A stretch of DNA of 64,000 bases, from positions 64,001 to 128,000 of the IMG/VR virus record IMGVR_UViG_3300027608_000014; one strand, written 5' to 3'. Source of the DNA: a virus. A program made the position numbers and the translations under genes. Of the stretch, positions 57,467-64,000 are shown piece after piece (within the stretch, counting starts at the first letter, position 1; each line of letters starts with the position of its first letter). The notes under the pieces were generated by a model. The model saw nothing but the letters and a program-made list of their open reading frames with translations. It ran no database searches and was not told the DNA's origin.

Positions 57467-57653
57467 CCAAGGTCGACACTAGAATTCTAATGAACTTTGT
57501 CAGAGACGTCGCTGGTGACTCTAAGCACGGAGAGCCAGAGGTAGAAGATCAGGGCTATATTCAGAACTGGGAAGCAGACGGGGGCTTAAAAGCCATCGAT
57601 CAACTTCACAAGTATATCGATGAGGCTCGAGAGCTTTTACTTGAACTGGAACA

Positions 57654-58364
57654 GTGACTTCATTCGAAACAATCAGAGCTCGGATCAGCAGTATGTGCTC
57701 CCCAAGCCGACAGGTGCTACTGGAACCAATTCTGGCCAAGCTAGAGCAGCACCAAGACTGCCCTGCCTCGACTTCCCTTAAAAAGCATGGAGGGTACGTA
57801 GGAGGTCTGTGTGATCACATCAACTTTGTTTCAGACCTAGCTCATGAAATTAGCGCTGATGTGTTTGCAAAGGCAGTGCATGTTATAGCCAAAGATGACT
57901 CAACAGCTCTTGATGGATTGCTTGGGTCATCCCAGGCTGTTGCCACCATTGCACTGATACACGATCTGAATAAGATCTGCGATCTTGACGGGAATCTGTA
58001 CTACGTTCCTAACATCCTTGTTGACGGAAAGCGAAGTGAGAAAAAGCCTTGGGTGATCAATAAGAACTATCGAGCCATACAAGCCTCTATAGACGCTCAC
58101 CTGAATCACCTTACGCATCCTACGTTTAGCGTATTCTTGCAGCATCCATCTATTCAGTACCCCTCGGGTCTCACCAGCCTAACACTAGCTGAGTCTTGGT
58201 CACCCGGCCTCATAGCTAGTCTAACGAGCGATGAGATTCAGGCGATCATTTGGCACGGTGGTCTTTACGAGCGTGGATCTAAAGAGGGATTTTCTAATAG
58301 TGAATCTCTGCTTCAGATCATCATTCACGCTGCGGACATGATCGCCTCAAGGATCGGAGTGTAA
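57654..58364 (+). CDS. HD-domain hydrolase (YhaM-like)
   Basis: PAS...H..Y.GGL.DH, LIHDL.K, AI.WHGG, IIHAAD. Confidence 0.8.
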   Translation: MTSFETIRARISSMCSPSRQVLLEPILAKLEQHQDCPASTSLKKHGGYVGGLCDHINFVSDLAHEISADVFAKAVHVIAKDDSTALDGLLGSSQAVATIALIHDLNKICDLDGNLYYVPNILVDGKRSEKKPWVINKNYRAIQASIDAHLNHLTHPTFSVFLQHPSIQYPSGLTSLTLAESWSPGLIASLTSDEIQAIIWHGGLYERGSKEGFSNSESLLQIIIHAADMIASRIGV

Positions 58365-58689
58365 ATAGTCTTGCGGGATTAGGGGTTATCGTCTCTAATC
58401 CCGACATGACTAAACAAGAAGACGCAGTAAATGCCCTCGAGGACTATCTGAAGAGTGTACTGAAAGGGCCCTTCAGTGTAGATCACAGGACAGACCCATC
58501 AGAGGCCACAGTAATTAAGAGGGACGGTTGTGTAGACCTGGTACTGACTAAGCAAGGTGAGAAGTTTCATGGAACCACCTACGCCTTCATGGCACATGAT
58601 GTTCTGAAACAGATTCAAGAAATCATCAAGGAGAGCCCAGTGGAAGTCGCTCAGCCTCTTGGTACACACATGAGGCCAGACGGAAGGTA

Positions 58690-59007
58690 ATGAATGCGCC
58701 AGTAGACGATGAGCACAAGATAGAGATCGGAGACTACGTGGAAGTAGTCAACACCAATGATGAGTTTGAAGGTCTCATTGGGGTTGTAGAAGATTTTTAT
58801 GACAGTGAGGGTAAAAGCTGTCAGTCTGATCGTAAGGGGGCGCTTTGTGCAATCCGGATCCCACTTCAAAGACAGGATCAGGTAATGATGCGCCTAGTCG
58901 GCGTAAATTTCATAACTCCTTATGTGCGACATGAGCTGAAAGCTAATGAGGAGCTCTGTCTGTTCACAAAGGACAAACTAGAGTGGTTCGACCCCAACGA
59001 ACTGTAG
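58690..59007 (+). CDS. KOW/SH3-like small protein
   Basis: IEIGDYVEV....FEGLIGVV. Confidence 0.55.
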   Translation: MNAPVDDEHKIEIGDYVEVVNTNDEFEGLIGVVEDFYDSEGKSCQSDRKGALCAIRIPLQRQDQVMMRLVGVNFITPYVRHELKANEELCLFTKDKLEWFDPNEL

Positions 59008-59077
59008 TATGTAACTTGACAAATGGGAGCGTCAGCCCAATCTGACGGCAACAAGAGAACAACAAAAAAAAAGATAA

Positions 59078-60306
59078 TGAATAATACTAACCTAACATAC
59101 GACATCAACTCACAGGCCATCAGAGATCTTCGTCAGCTTCCTGGTGGAACATCACGGAGCGGCAAGAGTCATGGCAAGCGCCCCGCGATGAAACCGCAGC
59201 ATAGTGCATGCCGAATCATCGTGATGCTGAATAACCACCACACTGGGACGCCCTTTGGCGCTGCTAATGCCGAGCTCGACGGATTGCTTCCTTCTGAGAG
59301 GGCTATCCTGACGGTTGGCATCTCCGGAATGAGACGCTCCGGTGAGCCAATCAGACGTATGGCCATCTATGGCTATCGCGACGGACGCGCACAAATGCGC
59401 TTTCCAGTAAATTTCGACCCTATCACCGGAGATCCGCAGTTTAGCGGTGATGGGCTCCCAAGAGAAGCAGAACTCGCTGCAGTCAACTGGATGCAGGGCG
59501 CTATGTTTAACACCGAACTTGTTGCTGGTACTTACGACTTCCAGGATCGGGTAATCTCAGAAGAAATGCCGCTTCGCCGAGAGTTTGCCTCAGAGCGTCG
59601 GACTGAGGCCTCAATCGATATGTTCAGTCGTCACTTCGGTCTCAAAGTGAAGTCAGCCGACTTCACTTTGCCAGAGGTCAATCCGCTCCTGACTCCCGGC
59701 CAGCTTCCTGCAAGTGTCAATCCAAGCTCCCTTCCCGTTCGAGAGATTCCGATGTCCCCCGTGAGTTACATTGCCCATGCAGTGGATCGGTTTGTTCTGG
59801 GACTACACAGTGCTGCAGGCGACGGTTTCAAGGAGCTCAAGCGTGCGTACATTAAGCAATTTGATATTGCTGATGACACTATTCATGCCACCCAAAGTGA
59901 CCCTAACAATGGTTACTCTCGTCTGGCATCTATTTGCGCTGAGCAGACCGGTCTCGGGTGCGATGTCGAACTAAGCCAGCAACATAGCATCCTTAAGTTT
60001 GCTCATGCCTATCTGCAAGACCTCAACCTTGGTCCTGAAGCAACCCAAAGCGCTGGCCTGATCACTTATCAGGCTATTCGTATGCTTGAGAACTACTTTC
60101 TCAATCGCATGGAGAACGGAAAGGTGCTGATGTTTGCCCCTTCACAAAGCTGCGCCTTGGATGAGCAGCTCTTCAGTAAGCCGTCGAGCTACACAGTAAG
60201 TGGCTCACCAGTCTTGATCTGCAATGGCTACTCCAGTAGTGGCATGTTTCCGTATCTTGCTGGTGACCTGATTCCGACCGAGTATCGCGGCGGAGATCTA
60301 AGTTAG
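59078..60306 (+). CDS. Hypothetical protein
   Basis: Long ORF with an A-rich leader, followed by a terminator. Confidence 0.7.
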
Positions 60307-60317
60307 TTGATTAATTC

Positions 60318-60356
60318 GGGGCTGCGACCAATTCGGGTCGCAGCCCCTTTCTCTTT
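60318..60356 (+). terminator. Intrinsic terminator
   Basis: GGGGCTGCGACC/GGTCGCAGCCCC followed by TTTCTCTTT. Confidence 0.75.
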
Positions 60357-60360
60357 ATTT

Positions 60361-60960
60361 ATGTACCAACCAGTAAAATTAGTTAAAACCTGGACTCTCC
60401 TAAATGTGACTCCTCCAGAGAGTGGATCTGTCGGCTTCATCAGGAATGAAGTTGATGATGAGCAGATTAAAAATATTCCACCACAATTGAGAGTATCTAT
60501 TGTCTCATCTCTTCTTGCGCTTCAGCTGATCTTAGAGTGCGAAGATCCTAAAGGAGAGATCCATCGGCTTGGGTGGCCAGATGAAGCTATCAGCGAAGAA
60601 AGTTTAGATGGTGATGAAATCTTACCCGAAATTAAGAGTAGCATAGAGCATCTTTCGGTCATCTGGAAGTTTGAGTACACTATAGCGAAACAAACAATTA
60701 CAGACCTTAATGCTGCACTTTACTGCATCTCAAAGGTTCCCAATAATCAGATGGTCGGAGCCTTCTGCCCAAAGGAGTCTAAGGGTTTTGCACGAGCCGT
60801 TTCAATTGCTGGCGTGAATAACCCAGCATCTATTGTAAGCAAAATAGCCAATCCTAGGCCCTCATCCTTTGAGGAGATTTTCAAGCAAATCCTGGCTAAG
60901 AAAGGCCTTGTGCTTAACGGCGAAGAACAGCAGCCTATAGTGGAGATCGACTTTGAATAA
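60361..60960 (+). CDS. Hypothetical protein
   Basis: ORF from ATG 60361. Confidence 0.6.
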   Translation: MYQPVKLVKTWTLLNVTPPESGSVGFIRNEVDDEQIKNIPPQLRVSIVSSLLALQLILECEDPKGEIHRLGWPDEAISEESLDGDEILPEIKSSIEHLSVIWKFEYTIAKQTITDLNAALYCISKVPNNQMVGAFCPKESKGFARAVSIAGVNNPASIVSKIANPRPSSFEEIFKQILAKKGLVLNGEEQQPIVEIDFE

Positions 60961-61462
60961 GATCTACGCAGCGCAAGATAACGGAGTATCAGGATCGTTA
61001 GCCGTTCTATATCCTGATGGTAATATCTTTTATAAAGCGACCCCAGTCCAGAAGAGCCTGAATTATACCAAGGTTAAGGCTTTCATCAATCGCCTGGATT
61101 ACGATGAGTACGCGAAAATGCTGCAGTCCCAGATTCTAGATAGGAATCTGCCAAGCATTCTTTTGCTTGAGCGTCCCATGATCATGCCAGGGAGGTGGAA
61201 GGCATCGGTCTCCGCCATTCGCTGTGATGAGGCTCAGCGTAGCGTTCTAGAGCGACTGAGAGTTCCGTTTAGATATATCGACTCCAAAGAGTGGCAACGA
61301 GACAGTAAGAACACCAAGGGGATATTACCCTCTGGACTTGAGGGAGATGAACTCAAGACTGCATCAAAGCAAATTGGTCAGCAGTTGTTTCCTTCAGCCA
61401 ATATCAAGAAGGACGCTGATGCTCTTCTTATGGCTGAGTTTGCTAGAAGAAATAATCTATGA
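60953..61462 (+). CDS. RuvC-like Holliday junction resolvase
   Basis: A.DNG.SG.LA, LLERP, W, DADALLMA. Confidence 0.75.
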   Translation: MNKIYAAQDNGVSGSLAVLYPDGNIFYKATPVQKSLNYTKVKAFINRLDYDEYAKMLQSQILDRNLPSILLLERPMIMPGRWKASVSAIRCDEAQRSVLERLRVPFRYIDSKEWQRDSKNTKGILPSGLEGDELKTASKQIGQQLFPSANIKKDADALLMAEFARRNNL

Positions 61463-61887
61463 AACATGATATGAAAGTAGAGAACAAGGAGTTAAGGAGC
61501 GCTGTGTTTGATCGGCTCAAATCACAAGGTCTACAGGAATGTCTCCTTGTTGACTATAATGGTAGTGGTGACAGTGGCTCACTAGAAGCGCCTAATGAAG
61601 CGGGTGTCACAGACGAGCAACTGTCTGCTCCACTAGGGACATTTCAGGTCTTAGAGGCGTATCGGTACGATAAGTTGACTAGGTCCCCAGTATACACCTC
61701 CCGAGTGCTGAGCCTATGGGAGGCGATTGAAGAGATCTGCTATAGTATCCTGTCTAATGAACATTCTGGATGGGAGATCAACGAAGGTTCCTCTGGAGAG
61801 TTCAAGTTCAATATTACAGACCAAACTATTTCCCTGACTCATAATGAATATTATACCGAAACCATAACCTCAACTCGCGAGTTCTAA
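61459..61887 (+). CDS. DUF6878-like protein
   Basis: YNGSGDSG...GWEINEGSSG.F. Confidence 0.7.
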   Translation: MKHDMKVENKELRSAVFDRLKSQGLQECLLVDYNGSGDSGSLEAPNEAGVTDEQLSAPLGTFQVLEAYRYDKLTRSPVYTSRVLSLWEAIEEICYSILSNEHSGWEINEGSSGEFKFNITDQTISLTHNEYYTETITSTREF

Positions 61888-62291
61888 TGTCAAAACCTTG
61901 GATTCACGCTTCATCAGACGCAAAGCTATGGGGCATTAAGCCAGAAGATACCCTGCCAATTCATGATCTCATGGATTCATCAAAGTCAGCTGTAGGGTCT
62001 AATCTTCATCGGGCGTTAACTCATAATGCTTGGTTCATTGGCACCATATTGGAAAAGATTTTTGGAACATATATTACTGCGCAGAATGGCCGAATTATTC
62101 AAGTGAGAGATGTTGGCGAACGCCATGTCCTCCAGGACTTCGGAAACAAGTTCATCCCAACTGCGGAGGACTGGATCACGACAATGCAGGTTCAGCCATG
62201 GCAACTAGGTCGAGGATGCCCACCGTCATTCAGACCACTAGAGGCCTTTCACGGAACGTCAGAGAAGCAGAGCTTTCGGGTAGTCGACTAA
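61887..62291 (+). CDS. DUF6915-like protein
   Basis: PWIHA.S..K.WG....IHD.MDSSK...HRALTH...GERHV.QD. Confidence 0.7.
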   Translation: MSKPWIHASSDAKLWGIKPEDTLPIHDLMDSSKSAVGSNLHRALTHNAWFIGTILEKIFGTYITAQNGRIIQVRDVGERHVLQDFGNKFIPTAEDWITTMQVQPWQLGRGCPPSFRPLEAFHGTSEKQSFRVVD

Positions 62292-62296
62292 AAATA

Positions 62297-62944
62297 ATGA
62301 AGGTGTACACAATTATCCCGGTAAATTTTGAATACAATGATGAAACCTACGACGCTATCGGATTTCAGCTCCCAGTAAAAAATGCCTATCGAAGTCTAAA
62401 GTCCGCTCAGGAAGAGTTTGATCGGCTTACTAAGAAGTTCAATAAGAAGTTCAAATATATGCTTAACGGCAAGTCGACTTCGTTTGTTATTCAGGAAGTC
62501 GAAATAGCCGATAATGATGCCTCGACATACGACGCTCTGAGGCAGGTTGTGGGGGAAGCTAGGATTGAAATGTATAAAGCTGGAAAGGAATACTTTCAGG
62601 ATCAAGCCAAGGCACTCTTTAGTAAATGGCCGCAATTGGAGGGGTTCTCCATAAGTGCTTATACTCCATACTTTGCAGACGGTGATGAGTGCGTCTATGG
62701 AGTTGGCGATGCGCGCATCAAGCTGAAAGGCTTTACGCCTGATGATGAAGATTGTAAGGATGGGTACACCACTCACTGGGGTTATCAAGAAGACCTTCCC
62801 AAGGACGCCATCACAATCCAAGATGCGGTCGAGCGCGTGATTGAGTCCATTGATGCCGAAATCTTCAAGGAGCTTTTTGGAGACCACATCCGTATTACAG
62901 TCACCCGAAAGGGAATCGACGTTAGTGACTACGAGCACTACTGA
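62297..62944 (+). CDS. Phage hypothetical protein
   Basis: YTPYF.DGD.C and FGDH..ITVTR.G motifs. Confidence 0.65.
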   Translation: MKVYTIIPVNFEYNDETYDAIGFQLPVKNAYRSLKSAQEEFDRLTKKFNKKFKYMLNGKSTSFVIQEVEIADNDASTYDALRQVVGEARIEMYKAGKEYFQDQAKALFSKWPQLEGFSISAYTPYFADGDECVYGVGDARIKLKGFTPDDEDCKDGYTTHWGYQEDLPKDAITIQDAVERVIESIDAEIFKELFGDHIRITVTRKGIDVSDYEHY

Positions 62945-63322
62945 GGCCCATGGCCACAGTTGATCCGTTTGTTGTCTGTAGATACATAACGGAATATGAC
63001 TAACGACACTAGCAGTACTTTAATGAGATCGCATCTGTGATCAAAAGAAAAACCCCTAGGATTGTTCAAATGAGCAGCATCATAACCATATCAACCGTAA
63101 AGAAGAGAGCATTGTATTTTGGTAGCCTGCGTGAGTGGAAACCCACTCAGGTATCAAAGGCCTTCCTTGATCGTTACGCCGCACAGTGTGACGCCCTACT
63201 AAAGTCAATGGTCGAGTCTCATCCATCAAAGGGAAAGACACTACTGTGAGTAATATACAAAAGGCCGATAAGGAATTTCAAGGGACCCATGATAGCCACG
63301 AGCACGAGCTCGACTGCCATAA

Positions 63323-63574
63323 ATGACCGAGAAGGTCTTCTTTTATCATTACAACAAACTTGCCTCAGCTAAAGCTGGTAAACCGCAACTATCAGTTCAC
63401 TACGACAAGAAGTGTCAGGTCGTAGACGGACTAGTCTGTGCGGTGCCAACCTTCAGCCACATCAATAAGAGGCAGCCAAAAGTAGTAATGAAGGGTAGGG
63501 GTGTCGTCACAGTAACTAATGGCATCGCCCACGTCTCCTCATCCAGTAATTTGCGACCTCAAAGAATTAAATAA
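63323..63574 (+). CDS. Small phage hypothetical protein
   Basis: FFYHYNK...LSVHY..KC...RQP.VVMKG. Confidence 0.6.
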   Translation: MTEKVFFYHYNKLASAKAGKPQLSVHYDKKCQVVDGLVCAVPTFSHINKRQPKVVMKGRGVVTVTNGIAHVSSSSNLRPQRIK

Positions 63575-63575
63575 T

Positions 63576-64000
63576 ATGTCAAAACTAGTCGCCCTCGCTG
63601 GGAGAAGGAACAGCGGTAAGACTACCGCTGCAGATTTCTTGGTGAGCTTGGGGTACAAAAAAGAATCTTTTGCTTCTCCAGTGAAGTCCATGCTTAGGGC
63701 TATTGGGGTTCCGTACTGCTCATTGTATGGAACCAACGAGCAGAAGCACGAGGTCCTTCGTTTGTTCAATATGTCAGGTAGATCCTTGATGCAGATAGCA
63801 GGAACTGAGTTCGGTCGAAATATGATCCATCCAGACATCTGGGTGCGCACCTTCTTCGAGCGACACCTTCCACCTCTCACCGTGATTGATGACCTTAGGT
63901 TTAAAAATGAGTTGGATGCAGTCAAGGCCAAGGGGGGACTTGTGATTGGGATCATACGTCCAGATTCTCAGAACCTTGACGATGCCCACTCGTCTGAGAC
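63576..64000 (+). CDS. Deoxynucleoside monophosphate kinase (runs off the window end)
   Basis: Manual translation: MSKLVALAGRRNSGKTT..ESFASPVK..GRSLMQIAGTEFGRNMIHPDIWV..VIDDLRFKNE. Confidence 0.85.
   Translation, partial: MSKLVALAGRRNSGKTTAADFLVSLGYKKESFASPVKSMLRAIGVPYCSLYGTNEQKHEVLRLFNMSGRSLMQIAGTEFGRNMIHPDIWVRTFFERHLPPLTVIDDLRFKNELDAVKAKGGLVIGIIRPDSQNLDDAHSSE

Overview
This window looks like part of a large (jumbo-type) bacteriophage genome, and almost all genes lie on the + strand. From 1 to about 9 kb it is an RNA-rich accessory region: pistol-type ribozyme(s), a MYG1 exonuclease, tRNA-Arg, two atypical tRNA-like elements, a YrlA-like Y RNA and a tmRNA. Next come class II RNR (nrdJ), a DenV-like glycosylase, a WGR-domain ligase, minus-strand genes including a GpA-type terminase, and an AAA/DUF1257/DUF2997/DUF3150 cluster. 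The replication and recombination block follows: SbcCD, ThyX, SF2 helicase, DnaB, primase, a split DnaE, RecA, a RuvC-like resolvase and a dNMP kinase. The standout feature is at 31998-36166. A retron-type reverse transcriptase and a small accessory ORF are followed by a ~2 kb non-coding tandem array of nine (possibly ten) sequence-diverse retron msr-msd-like RNA units, and then directly by RNase H. Each unit is closed by its own inverted repeat that leaves one G unpaired in a TGG(C) motif, carries short 5' hairpins and usually a long 3' hairpin, and is joined to the next unit at a fixed 27-29 nt spacing. I infer a self-contained multi-template retron-like system, with one RT serving many templates. 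All protein calls come from motif recognition by eye; no database searches were run.
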